From assembly GCA_002269645.1 (NCBI GenBank), contig NIVC01000543.1, positions 62,001 to 126,000 of the forward strand: a stretch of 64,000 nucleotides of DNA. Reading direction: 5' to 3'. Every line of letters starts with the position of its first letter. Within the stretch, counting starts at the first letter, position 1. The stretch comes from Macrostomum lignano. Its lineage: Eukaryota. A model generated the notes under the pieces. That model had not been told where the DNA came from and did no database searches. It worked only from the letters and a program-made list of their open reading frames with translations. A program made the translations under genes and the position numbers. Shown here in pieces: positions 11,300-23,487 of the stretch.

Positions 11300-14200
11300 A
11301 TGGCGATGATGATAGGGGGGAATACACTTTTCCCACCTAATTTAAACTCTGCTGGCGGCGTCGCTGCCGCTGCGCCTGTATCCCAGGCACCAGCAGCAGA
11401 CTTTGTAACTTCATTTGGAGGCACAGTATACTGTAAGTATTTATTGTGTTAAAAACGATTCACCATGGACAAGTTTTTATACACAAGTTTTTAAAAATTA
11501 AAGTTACTTGACAGACTGTTTAGTGTACTGTTTAGTAATACTGTAATAATAGTTCTTGTGAGGTTAAGATTTAGTTAGTTTACTCTTAAGACTAGGTTTT
11601 TGCTATTGTGATTTTTTGGTTTGATTATGATATAATATATAATATTGTATTTAATAGCTATTCAGGCAATCCTGAAGTTTCCCACATTTAATTATTTTAC
11701 GCATTTTTATGCACATTTCAGCCACAGAAAAATGAAATCTCTTGCAATCATACTATCTAATAATGCAAAATAGGCTAGGCTAAGCCTTACAAACAGGCCC
11801 TACTTTGTTTGTAATTAGAGTAAATTGTATTTTTAGTTTTATCAGATTAATAATAGGCCTAAGTTTTGTCTAGTTGCAGTTTAACTTAACATGATCTTGA
11901 CTTAAATTTTTATAATTTTTTAAATAAGTTAGCCTAGTCTAGCCTAAGTTACCTAACATTGCTTATTGGTATTGGTATTGGTATAAATGTATCAAACTCC
12001 AGATCATATTGTATATGCCCTAAGGGTGTGCATTTGCCTTGTATGCCAAAAGTAGGCATGCACAGTTGGCCCATATTACTATTAAGAAAATAGTATGCAT
12101 ATGAATCTACAAGGGCTGCTTAATAAGTTTGTGGAAAATCCCATTTCTGCTCATCCAATTTGCCCAAAATTTTACCTGCATAAGCATTAACCTAATGACA
12201 TTTCTCAACATAATTTCCAGCCAATTCCACAAATTTTTTTCATGTGATGAAACCAAGCTTTAAAACAATGTCTCAATTCCAGCTGTGAGACACTTTCCAG
12301 CTCAGTTCTCAGCACATTTTCTAGCTCTTGATGGCAGCCAAATCATTTTCCCTTCAAGTTCTTCTTGATCATGTGGTAGCAGTGTCAGCTGAGTCAACTG
12401 GAAAAACTGCTGGGTCATCTTGGCAGGTGCATTGTTGTGATTCAGTAGAATCCTGCATTCTCTCATCTTTGGACGCTGCTAAGCAAGACTTTTGAGCACT
12501 TGCGGCAGACAAATGGTTGAATACCATTCACCAGTCACTGTGGCACAATCCTCGAGCAGCACGGGTGGTAGGATGCTGCATCATCTGAAGAAAACCACTG
12601 CTATGACTTTCCCAATGCTTCACTTGAGACAAAACTTGATAGGTGCATCCTCTTCTCTTGCAATCCACTGCTAGCTCTGCTCTTTGGTTTCTTGGTCATA
12701 AAAGTAAACCCAGGTTTCATTACCAGTGATGATGTTATCCACCAAATTTAAAGCTCCTGTATCAAACTTTTTGAGCAAGTTTGAGAACTCAACCCGAGCC
12801 CATATCTAGTTTGGGTCCAGGTGGTGGGGGACCCAGCATGCGGACACCTTCCTCATGCCAAGGTGATTGTGCAAGATGGAAATGATGCTTAAATCCAAAA
12901 TCCCCACACTTTTCTTGAGCTCTTGAACTATTATGTGTCTATCCTCATCTAGTAGCCTCCAGACTGGCTACAGTTGTGTTAGTAATGGCCACATTTAGAT
13001 GACCTTCTTGGTCATTGTTGTCCAGAGACATGGAGCTGCAGCAAAAGCAAGCAAACCATTTGTGGACCATTGTCAGAGATGAGGCTTCATTGCCAAGGGC
13101 TGCTTGAAGTGTCTGTATGCACTTGGAAGCAGACTGGCTAAGACAAAATTAGACAAGAATTACGACTCACCTATTTTGATCAGTGAGACTCAGCATAACC
13201 TGCAGAGTTTCACTGCTTCTTTGGCCACTGCATTGCAGCATTTTAGCCAATCAAGCTGAAATTTTGCATAGCTGTTATGAACATGTGGGAAAGTATTGTG
13301 TTAAATTTTGTGAGAATTGGGCAAAGGGAAATGGGATTTTCTACAAACTTATTAAGTAGCCCTCATAGTATATACCTTATAGAATCATGCCAAAGAGTTA
13401 GTGTTAAATGGAAAAAAGAAAAAAGTTTTTTTAAGCATAAATTCCAAGTTTTACAGTTTTTTAAGCTTGTAATTAGGCATTTGAACAAATTTTTGTATAA
13501 ATAGATTTTGTGCTATAAATAGTATAGGCAAAAAGCAAAAAAAACCTAATTATTAGGCAAAAAGGTCCCCTATGCAACCCAAAAGGTCATTTATTGTTGC
13601 AACACTGGTGTAGATTTGAGAGTCTGAGTGTGTACTCAAAATTTTTTTTGGCATATATTTATAATTATTCAATTTTTGTTTGGGTGTGTATTAAGCATAA
13701 TCTGAAATATGGTAAATGCAGTCTCTCAGTTTAAATTATTCTTTATAGAATTATGTGGTATTATATTAGAATTGTGAATTATTTATGAATAATAAATTAT
13801 ATAGAATTAGCATCACAGTTAAACAAAGTGTCCATTAGCCAGTACTTGGCTAGCCACTACATGGCCATAGTACCAAGTAATGCATCCCATAGTTCAGGTG
13901 ATATCCATAGTTCAGAATACTCTGTATATACCCTGGAAAAAGATGGCCATTTTTGGTGTAAATTTTTGGGTTTAACTAAATCTAGCATTGTGTTGCAGCT
14001 GAAATGAGCGCAAATTTAAGCAAAAAATTAAATGATAACTAAAACCATATGCAAGGTAATATCCTGTTTACATGTTTAATACCATTGTAAATTAATTTTA
14101 TCCTCTTTTTTATTTAATCATAAAACTTGTTTTTTTAATCAAAACAAAGTGGCAACATTGTAACTAAAATAAAATTTTTATTTGTAAATTTAAAACTTTT

Positions 14201-17200
14201 AAATAAAAATTCTGTTTCAATTGCCCTGGCAAAAATTGATGACTTACTATAACTGTTACTATCATAGAATGCATCTCTGCTTTTTATTCAATAAGCATTT
14301 TAAAGTCAATTTTCAATCTCGTAATGGCCTAAAATTATTGGCATATTGTTAATTGCTTGGTTGTCAATAATGTATTTTAAAGCCAAAATAATCCCTTTAG
14401 CACAATGCAACCTCTTGTTCCCCAAACTGCTACTCCCAGTGCCTCCTGGCGGCTCCCAGCAGCAGCAGCCACCACCGCTGGCGCTGCCTGGCGGCAGCTT
14501 CAATCCGCAGGCACCACCGCCTCAGAGCTCCGGTGGCGCCTCATCCACGGGCGGCGCTGGCGGTGGTGGCAGCTCCGGGCCCGGGTCCGCCTTCGGCGGC
14601 GGCAGCGACTCGGGCGGCGGCGGTGGTGGAGGCGGCGACCAGCTGTCGCCTGTCATCGTCTTCCAGCCGCCAATGCGACCGGGCCGCGGCCAGGAGGGAC
14701 GGCCAATCATGCTGCGGGCCAACCACTTCGAGATCCGCCTGCCCAAGGGATTCCTGCACCACTACGATGTGGCCATAACGCCCGACAAGTGTCCGCGCCG
14801 GGTGAACCGGGAGATCATTGACATCATGGTGAACTCCATGCACCACCAGAACTTGTTCTTCAACCAGCGGCCGGTGTTTGATGGCAGGAAAAACTTGTAC
14901 ACCAGGTAAGACCCTTATCTTATCTGTTATTCGAGGCAAGAGGGCTGTGCGCACCCTGGTGCACTTTAAGCGACATTGTCGCACAACCGGCGATAGACAT
15001 TACTGCCCTTGCGCAGACTTCCCTGAGCAGTCACACACTCACAGCGGCCCTAACTCTATTTATCCTTTGGCGTACACTTCACTGTGCCTTGGGGTTGGCC
15101 CTCAAGTACGATAGTTGCACGAGCAGTTGCAAGCCGAGATTCCAATGTAGCCCCAAATAATGTGACTGCATTTGGAGTCAGGCCTTGGCCACTCGCACAC
15201 CAGAGCCTGCGCTAGACCGCTGGGCTACGGCCCCACTTAATCTTACTGTTAGTGACCCACTACTTGGCCAGTAGGTAGCTATGCTCAGTCCGCTGGCTGA
15301 CCCCTTAGCACGCACACATTTGCGCACATGGCACACGCCCACATAGGGCGCACAGCGGCCAGGCTTTCTCGTTGCCAGACAGCCTTAGGGGTTTGGCCCT
15401 CATCGGCGAGAATTGCACACGCTCAGTATAAATTTCCTTCATGAATCAAAGGCCTAAATATAATTTGGTCGCGCATAAGAATAACACCAACCTTGACACG
15501 AGAGCCAGACTCAATAACCACTTGTTTACAAACATGCTTATTTTGTTTTAAAACAGAGGGTAAAGGAGGGAGCTGCAAGTTTAGATAAAAACTATTTAGT
15601 GGACTTGTGTGCATTCAGTGTTGGGTTATCAAAGCCTTGGCATTTCTTCTGCCGCACTGCATGCACTGTGATTCAGCTGAGTCTCGTAAAACTGGCCCGC
15701 CCCCGCAGAGACCCGCTACCGTTTGGCACCGACCGACGCGAGCTGGAGGTGACCCTGCCCGGCGAGGGCGGCCGCGACCGCGTCTTCAAAGTGTCATTAA
15801 AATACCTGGGCGAGGTGTCGTTGTTTGCACTGGAGGAGGCCCTTGAAGGCCGCAGGCGGGGCATCCCGATGGACGCGGTGAACGCGCTGGACGTGATCAT
15901 GCGGCACCTGCCCAGCCTGCACTACACGCCCGTGGGCCGATCCTTCTTCCAGCCGCCGCAGGCTGGCAGCGAGCACCCGCTGGGCAGCGGCCGGGAGGTC
16001 TGGTTCGGCTTCCACCAGAGCGTCCGGCCCAGCCACTGGAAGATGATGCTCAACATCGACGTGTCCGCCACCGCCTTCTACAAGGCGCAGAGCGTCTGCG
16101 ATTTCCTGCGCGACGTGCTGGACTCGCACGACCTGGAGGAGTACAGCAAGAAACCGCTGAGCGACTCGAACCGGGTGAAGTTCACCAAAGAGATCAAGGG
16201 CCTGAAGATTGAGATCACTCACGGCGGCCAGATGAGGCGCAAATACCGAGTTTGCAATGTCACCCGGAAGCCCGCCAGCGCTCAGACATTTCCGCTGCAG
16301 ATGGAGAACGGCCAGACTCTGGACTGCACAGTGGCCAAGTACTTTGCTGAGCGGTACCGGATGCGGCTGCGCTACCCCATGCTGCCTTGTCTGCAGGTAA
16401 TGACCGGGTGAAGGGTTTCCTGTGCGCTGCAGACTGGTATGAAGGGTTTCTTGTGCGCTACATACTGGGATGAAGGGTTTCCTGTGCGCTACGGACTGGG
16501 ATGAAGGGTTTCCTGTGCGCTACGGACTGGGGTGAAGGGTTTCCTATGCGCTGCAGACTGGGGTGAAGGGTTTCCAGACTGGGTCCAGGATGCAGTAAGC
16601 ACTCATTCATCCTTGTAGACAAGCAGTGAGCAGCAAGCCACAAATTTGTTGCCAAGCCGTCACCGTGAACTGTTTCTCGCCCCATTCCCTGTCTGCAGGT
16701 GGGCCAGGAGAACAAGCACACCTACCTGCCACTGGAGGTGTGCAACATAGTCAGCGGCCAGCGCTGCATCAAGAAGCTGACGGACTCGCAGACATCAACC
16801 ATGATCAAGGCCACTGCCCGATCCGCCCCCGATCGCGAGCGCGAGATCAACAACCTGGTGCGCAATGCGAACTTCAACCACGACAGCCACCTGCAGACAT
16901 TCGGCATTCAGGTTTGTCACCGTGGCATGCTTACGAGGAGCACCGGCCGGTGTTGCCTGCTTTCTGGCTGTTTCTAAGCAATTTTCTGGCTTGTGTTTCT
17001 TTTTTTGTCGGATAATCTGCTTTGACGCAGGTGAACGCTGAGCGGCGGCAATTTTCGATGCGGAATTGGGCAGCCTTAGTGTTTAATGCCTGCATTTAGA
17101 TTGCAGGCTGGAAAAGATTTCACTTCCCAACCGCAGTTAGTTCTACATCGGGCTATTTTAAATTCTCGGGAGCACCTGTTGGTGCCCATTTTCACCCTGA

Positions 17201-20200
17201 GCCTGTTTTCTTTGCTGATTTTCCAAATTGCTGTGAAATTGCGAGACTGCTGCTCGCTTCTTGTGGGAAACAGCGGGAGTGCTCCGGCCCCCTTACCTCT
17301 GCTTGAATCCGCCTCAGCCTATGCTTTACGAGCTTATCGTGTCAGCATTTAATAATCTGAAAAGGCGATTTTAGCCGGAGCTCAAAGCATTGATGCAGCG
17401 ACTCAGAACCACAAAGCTGGAGCTCAGAGCATTGATGCAGCGACTCAGAACCACAAAGCTGGAGCTCAGAGCATTGATGCAGCGACTCAGAACCACAAAG
17501 CTTGAGCTCAGAGCATTGATGCAGCGACTCAGAACCACAAAGCTTGAGCTCAAAGCATTGATGCAGCGACTCAGAACCACAAAGCTGGAGCTCAGAGCAT
17601 TGATGCAGCGACTCAGAACCACAAAGCTGGAGCTCAGAGCATTGATGCAGCGACTCAGAACCACAAAGCTTGAGCTCAGAGCATTGATGCAGCGACTCAG
17701 AACCACAAAGCTTGAGCTCAGAGCATTGATGCAGCGACTCAGAACCACAAAGCTTGAACTCAGAGCATTGATGCAGCGACTCAGAACCACAAAGCTTGAG
17801 CTCAAAGCATTGATGCAGCGACTCAGAACCACAAAGCTGGAGCTCAGAGCATTGATGCAGCGACTCAGAACCACAAAGCTTGAGCTCAAAGCATTGATGC
17901 AGCGACTCAGAACCACAAAGCTTGAGCTCAAAGCATTGATGCAGCGACTCAGAACCACAAAGCTTGAACTCAGAGCATTGATGCAGCGACTCAGAACCAC
18001 AAAGCTTGAGCTCAAAGCATTGATGCAGCGACTCAGAACCACAGAGCTGGAGCTCAGAGCGTTAATGAAGCGACTCAAAACCTCACACTGCTGCCAGATC
18101 TAAAAGTACATTCATTTACCCCGCCATTCGCAGGTCCAGACCCGCATGGCGGAGATCGGCGGCCGGGTGCTGCCTGCCCCGAAGATCCAGTACGGCGGGC
18201 GCACCCGGGCCCAGGCGGTGCCGCAGCAGGGAGTCTGGGACATGCGCGGCAAGCAGTTCTTCGCCGGCATCGAGATCAAGGTGTGGGCCATCGCCTGCTT
18301 TGCTCCGCAGCGCACCGTGCGGGAGGACATGCTGCGTCAGTTCACCCAGCAACTGCAGCGGATTTCGCAGGACGCCGGCATGCTGATCAGCGGCCAGCCC
18401 TGTTTCTGCAAGTACGCCAACGGCCAGGACCAGGTGGAGCCGATGTTCCGCTATCTCAAGAACACTTTTGCTGGTCTGCAGCTCATTGTGGTGGTGCTGC
18501 CTGGAAAAACACCGGTAAGTGCTCAAAGCCTACTGATAACTAATGCTCAAGGCCTGCTGATAACTAATGCTCAAGGCCTGCTGATAACTAATGCTCAAGG
18601 CCTACTGATAACTAATGCTCAAAGCCTACTGATAACTAATGCTCAAGGCCTGCCGATAACTAATGCTCAAGGCCTGCTGATAACTAATGCTCAAAGCCTG
18701 CTGATAACTAATGCTCAAGGCCTACTGATAACTAATGCTCAAGGCCTGCTGATAACTAATGCTCAAGGCCTGCTGATAACTAATGCTCAAGGCCTACTGA
18801 TAACAAATGCTCAAGGCCTGCCGATAACTAATGCTCAAGGCCTGCTGATAACAAATGCTCAAGGCCTGCCGATAACTAATGCTCAAGGCCTGCTGATAAC
18901 AAATGCTCAAAGCCTGCTGATAACAAATTCTCAAAGCCTGCTGATAACTAATGCTCAAGGCCTACTGATAACAAATGCTCAAGGCCTACTGATAACTAAT
19001 GCTCAAAGCCTGCTGATAACTAATGCTCAAAGCCTGCTGATAACAAATGCTCAAGGCCTGCTGATAACTAATGCTCAAGGCCTACTGATAACTAATGCTC
19101 AAAGCCTGCTGATAACTAATGCTCAAGGCCTGCTGATAACTAATGCTCAAGGCCTGCTGATAACTAATGCTCAAGGCCTGCTGATAACTAATGCTCAAAG
19201 CCTGCTGATAACTAATGCTCAAGGCCTGCTGATAGCTGATGCTCAAAGCCTGCTGATAACTAATGCTCAAGGCCTACTGATAACTAATGCTCAAGGCCTG
19301 CTGATAACTAATGCTCAAGGCCTGCTGATAACTAATGCTCAAGGCCTGCTGATAACTAATGCTCAAGGCCTGCCGATAACTAATGCTCAAGGCCTGCTTA
19401 TAACTAATGCTCAAAGCCTGCTGATAGCTGATGCTTGAGACCAACCGACCACCTACAGGTGTACGCCGAAGTGAAGCGAGTGGGCGACATCCTGTTCGGC
19501 CTGGCCACCCAGTGCGTGCAGGCCAAGAACGTGAACAAAACCTCACCGCAGACGCTCAGCAATCTCTGCCTGAAGATCAACGTGAAGCTGGGCGGCATCA
19601 ACTCCATCCTGGTGCCCGGCATGCGACCGCCCGTGTTCCGCGAGCCCATCATATTCATGGGCGGTGACGTGACCCACCCGCCCGCCGGAGACCGCGCCAA
19701 GCCGTCCATCGCCGCCGTGGTGGCCAGCATGGACGCCCACCCCAGCCGGTACGCGGCCACGGTTCGAGTCCAGGCCCACAGGGAGGAGAAAATCACCGAG
19801 CTGTGCGCCATGGTGCGGGAGCTGCTGCTGCACTTCTACCGCAGCACCCGGTTCAAGCCGACTCGCATTGTGTACTACCGGGATGGGGTCAGCGAGGGCC
19901 AGTTCATGGCCGTGCAGTCCCACGAGCTGCGCGCCATCCGGGAGGCCTGCACCCGCCTGGAGATGGGCTACCAGCCTGGCATCACCTTCGTGGTGGTGCA
20001 GAAGCGGCACCACACCCGCCTGTTCTGCGCCGACACCGCCGACCGCATGGGCCGCAGCGGCAACATTCCGGCTGGCACAGCCGTGGACCAGACCATCACC
20101 CACCCGACTGAGTTCGACTTCTACCTGTGCAGCCATGCCGGCATTCAGGTAGGCCCTCAGTGCCTGGCGTACTCGCCTTGTACACAGCTGAAGAGGGGCT

Positions 20201-20769
20201 CAAAGCCTCACCCCCGCAGGTAGCCACCATGAGACAGGTGGCAAGTTAGGCTGAGCCCCCAGTTCCCAGGTTAGCAGCTCTGAGTTGCGGTAGAAGTACA
20301 GGGTAGGAGTTGCGAATCTCAGCACATTCCAAAGACTAGATGTACTCAGCCTTCGGATATTCAGTCCTCAACACCCTGGGCTGCAGCTCCCTGTCAATCT
20401 TGTTGTTTCCACGGCAACTAAAGACGATCCCTAACCTCCGCCCCCGTCCTGCAGGGCACCAGCAGGCCATCGCACTACCACGTGCTGTGGGATGACAACC
20501 GATTCTCGGCTGACGAGCTGCAGGTGCTGACCTACCAGCTGTGCCACACCTATGTCCGCTGCACCCGCTCCGTCAGCATCCCCGCCCCCGCCTACTATGC
20601 CCACCTGGTGGCCTTCCGGGCCCGCTACCACCTGGTGGAGAAGGAGATCGACTCCGGCGAGGGCTCCCAGAAGAGCGGCAGCAACTCGGACGAGCGGAAC
20701 AACCCGGCCGCTATGCTGAGGGCCGTCACCGTCCACCCCGAGTCCATGCGGGTCATGTACTTTGCCTGA
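11300..20769 (+). CDS. AGO2: Argonaute, AGO clade (AGO1-4-like), about 974 aa, slicer tetrad intact
   Basis: Exons 11300-11432 (inferred), 14401 (or 14440)-14905, 15709-16396, 16699-16911, 18134-18514, 19459-20148 and 20455-20769, all GT-AG with consistent phases. N domain ([15 protein letters not shown]), L1 (YTPVGRSFF), PAZ (YLPLEVC), MID ([10 protein letters not shown]) and PIWI ([34 protein letters not shown]) are present, ending VMYFA. Exon 1 is less certain than the rest, and the symbol reflects family, not proven orthology. Confidence 0.96.
12110..13365 (-). mobile_element. Full-length decayed mariner (Tc1/mariner) transposon in AGO intron 1
   Basis: About 37-bp TIRs TA|CAAGGGCTGCTTAATAAGTTTGTGGAAAATCCCATTT and TA|TGAGGGCTACTTAATAAGTTTGTAGAAAATCCCATTT, TA TSD, 1256 bp. 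The minus strand encodes a stop- and frameshift-riddled transposase with [18 protein letters not shown] and LNHNNAPA motifs. Confidence 0.88.
16406..16575. repeat. 31-bp tandem repeat, about 5.5 copies, AGO intron 3
   Basis: TGAAGGGTTTCC recurs at 16409, 16440, 16471, 16502, 16533 and 16564, starting about 10 nt after the donor. Confidence 0.9.
17378..18075. repeat. 42-bp minisatellite, about 16.5 copies, AGO intron 4
   Basis: Unit GAGCTCA[A/G]AGCATTGATGCAGCGACTCAGAACCACAAAGCT[T/G]. Source of ORFs 17371..18078 and 17390..18103. Confidence 0.97.
18521..19436. repeat. 24-bp minisatellite, about 38 copies, filling AGO intron 5
   Basis: Unit GCTCAAGGCCTGCTGATAACTAAT. It starts right after GTAAGT and ends about 22 nt before the acceptor. 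Confidence 0.97.
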
Positions 20770-21150
20770 CCCGCAGGTCATGTACTTTGCCTGACCCGCA
20801 GGTCATGTACTTTGCCTGACCCCGCAGGTCATGTACTTTGCCTGACCCCGCAGGTCATGTACTTTGCCTGACCCCGCAGGTCATGTACTTTGCCTGACCC
20901 CGCAGGTCATGTACTTTGCCTGACCCCGCAGGTCATGTACTTTGCCTGACCCCGCAGGTCATGTACTTTGCCTGACCCCGCAGGTCATGTACTTTGCCTG
21001 ACCCCGCAGGTCATGTACTTTGCCTGACCCCGGAGGTCATGTACTTTGCCTGACCCCCAGGTCATGTACTTTGCCTGACCCCGGAGGTCATGTACTTTGC
21101 CTGACCCCGCAGGTCATGTACTTTGCCTGACCCCGCTGGTCATGTACTTT
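20751..21150 (+). repeat. 25-26-bp array made of the AGO last five codons and stop codon, 15 copies plus a partial
   Basis: GGTCATGTACTTTGCCTGA-CCC(C)GCA repeated, with TGA ending at 20769, 20794, 20819, 20845 and so on up to 21130. Confidence 0.97.
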
Positions 21151-23487
21151 TTTCTATCTAAGCTTAACGTCTTGTCCTTTCTGTGTGCTAATACATATTA
21201 TTATGCTAGAGCAATTTACAAAAATTACCGAAGCAGATATTTCCAATTGCATGTTTAATCAGCAGTTTCAGGTATTTATAATTGAATTGTTTTGCTGTTA
21301 GTTTTTGCACTACTGTTATGTTTTTGACGCACAGATCTCTATGAAGACTCAGAAAATAACTGTTTTCAAAATGCAGAATATCTAGATCTCTTTTTATTGC
21401 ATCCGGGGCTTTCCAGCTCAGCAGGTGTGGGCAGGTAGAGCAGCAGTTTGAAACTGATAGCAGAAATTACTGTTAGCCTGTCTCCTCAAACACAGAGGCA
21501 GCTGAGCAAGTGTTGGCCTGGTTTGCAACCGGCTGCTCTCTGCCCCCCCCCCCCCTGACTCGGTCTCAGTTTGCCATCACGGTAGGAAATTTTGTGCAAT
21601 CCTTATCTCGGATTGCCCGCATCTGCTCTAAGAAGATAGTTAATGATTCCCAAGGCACATACTATATGGAGTAGTATCGTTTTGACATATTTACTGTACT
21701 TAATCTGTTGTCTTAATCTGCATAATTATTGTGACATTTTACTTCTGATGACCACTTGCTAATCACATTACTGTCAGTAGTAAGTCCGCTCGGTCACCGG
21801 CTAGTGCAGCTCCAGTATTGACTCTCTCACCGTGTTGAGCTCGCGCAACAACTGCACAGAATGCCAATGCCCTGCATACATTTGCCCTACTCATAGTAGC
21901 AATATGTGCGAATGATTTCTGTCTACTGTCGCAGTACATTTTTTCTCGTATAGGCCTTTTTAATTGTGAAACATTTATGAACATCTTTGATTTGCTTTCA
22001 ATTTTTTTAATCAGCTCGATACCCGCTTTGATTTTTTCATCCTTTATCATAACAAATAGATTCCCAGTCCTGATCCATAGTTATGGATTCGTGTTTGAAC
22101 TTTTTTATCCTCGCTTCATGCCTGACACAGTGCTGCTACCCAACTCTGTACACACCTGAGTGCTCTGATTGTGCCATTCTATTGGGCGATCTAGCATGCT
22201 TGGTTCCTGCACTTCGTTCTCCGTGTACTTTTGTCGGTTCGGTCCGCTAGCCAAGTTCAGATCAAGTATTCAATGTTGTCAGTGCCTATCGGAGTCTTTG
22301 TTCCGCTCTGCTGTCACTCTTTTTCCAATTCAATTTTAGCGGCGCACCAACATTTTCACTCTGATTTTATGATCAACAAATTTGCTGTTTGTCCTGCTTT
22401 AATCCAGCCGCGCTCCCGCCTTTTACTGCGTCTGTCGCTGTGCGCTGCTCACTGTATACTACTGCTAGCATTAATTTTCAATCAGTAGCATATAGCGCGC
22501 ATTGCTTGTATTCTGTCTGAGGCTGAGTTCTACCTGGCTGCGGCCCTCTGTGATACCTGGCTGTCTGTCCGAGCCTCCATCTCTGCACTGCTATTCGTTT
22601 CACCTTGAATTTCCCAAGCCTGTAATCCGCACACATTTATCCATAGCCATTTTAACCTGCGTGTCAGCAATTTTACCGCCTGTCTGCTACTGATTTTCGG
22701 TTCAGGTATTCGCTGCGCTTTTGTGCGCTTTCTGTATGCGCAATTTTCACCTTAGACCTTCTAATCCGTTTGTTTATCTAGCCTGTTCAATCCGATAACC
22801 AGCAGCTGATTTCTCACCTTTCCACTTCTAGCACTGTCTGATTCAGTTAATACAGTTGTGTCCTGTCCGCTTTCTCTGGAGTGGTCGGCAAGTTTTGCTC
22901 AGCAATGGAAATTATCATTGAGCACAGTGCTCTCCGCCTTTGTCATTTAGTTTACATGGCACGGGACATAAATAGCACAGGAAGCCGGGACTTTGTGATT
23001 CGAGGGCAGGCGAGTGTCAAAACCTTTGCTGCTCTCAAGCTGCGGCTCCAGCTGCAGTCGCTCACCGCCCAATGGGCGCTCAACCGCAGCGCTGCAGGGT
23101 AGGCAGCTGCTGGTCGCTGCCGTTCAGCGCCCTTGAAGGCGGCCAGCTGCTGCAGCTCCGCCGCGGTGCACTTTTTGTATTTTGAGTGTCTCTTGGGGGT
23201 GCAAGGCGCTGGCGGCTAACCACATTAAATAGCTAATGCACTACGCTACTCATAGTGGCTCTCGGCTGCATACAGGCATGAGCAGTCTGAAACCCACCGG
23301 ATGTGCCTGTACTGAATTTCCCATGAATTCCAATCTCCCATCGATCGTTGCTTTCCATTGGGGAAAGCTCTGTAACTATTGGGTTGCAAAAACTGCTCCC
23401 TGCGCTCCGAGGCCCTGTGCTCAATACGCATTCAAAGCGTTGCGTCATCATCGCAGTTCAGTTTGCTTGTCCTTCAGTCCGGGCACT

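Noticed and set aside
15185-15240. tRNA-like 5' half on the minus strand in AGO intron 2 (GGGGCCGTAGCCCAGCGGTCTAGCG)
   Set aside because: An A-box-like motif only, with no B-box or cloverleaf. At most a decayed SINE piece.
20770-20871. Homology of the 33-codon readthrough frame to human AGO1x
   Set aside because: The length results from 25+25+26+26-bp repeat arithmetic, and the sequence is repeat-derived. The similar size is treated as coincidence.
21763-22050. 95-aa minus-strand ORF between AGO and arrestin
   Set aside because: No recognisable domain or splice support, and it lies in AT-rich presumptive 3' UTR.
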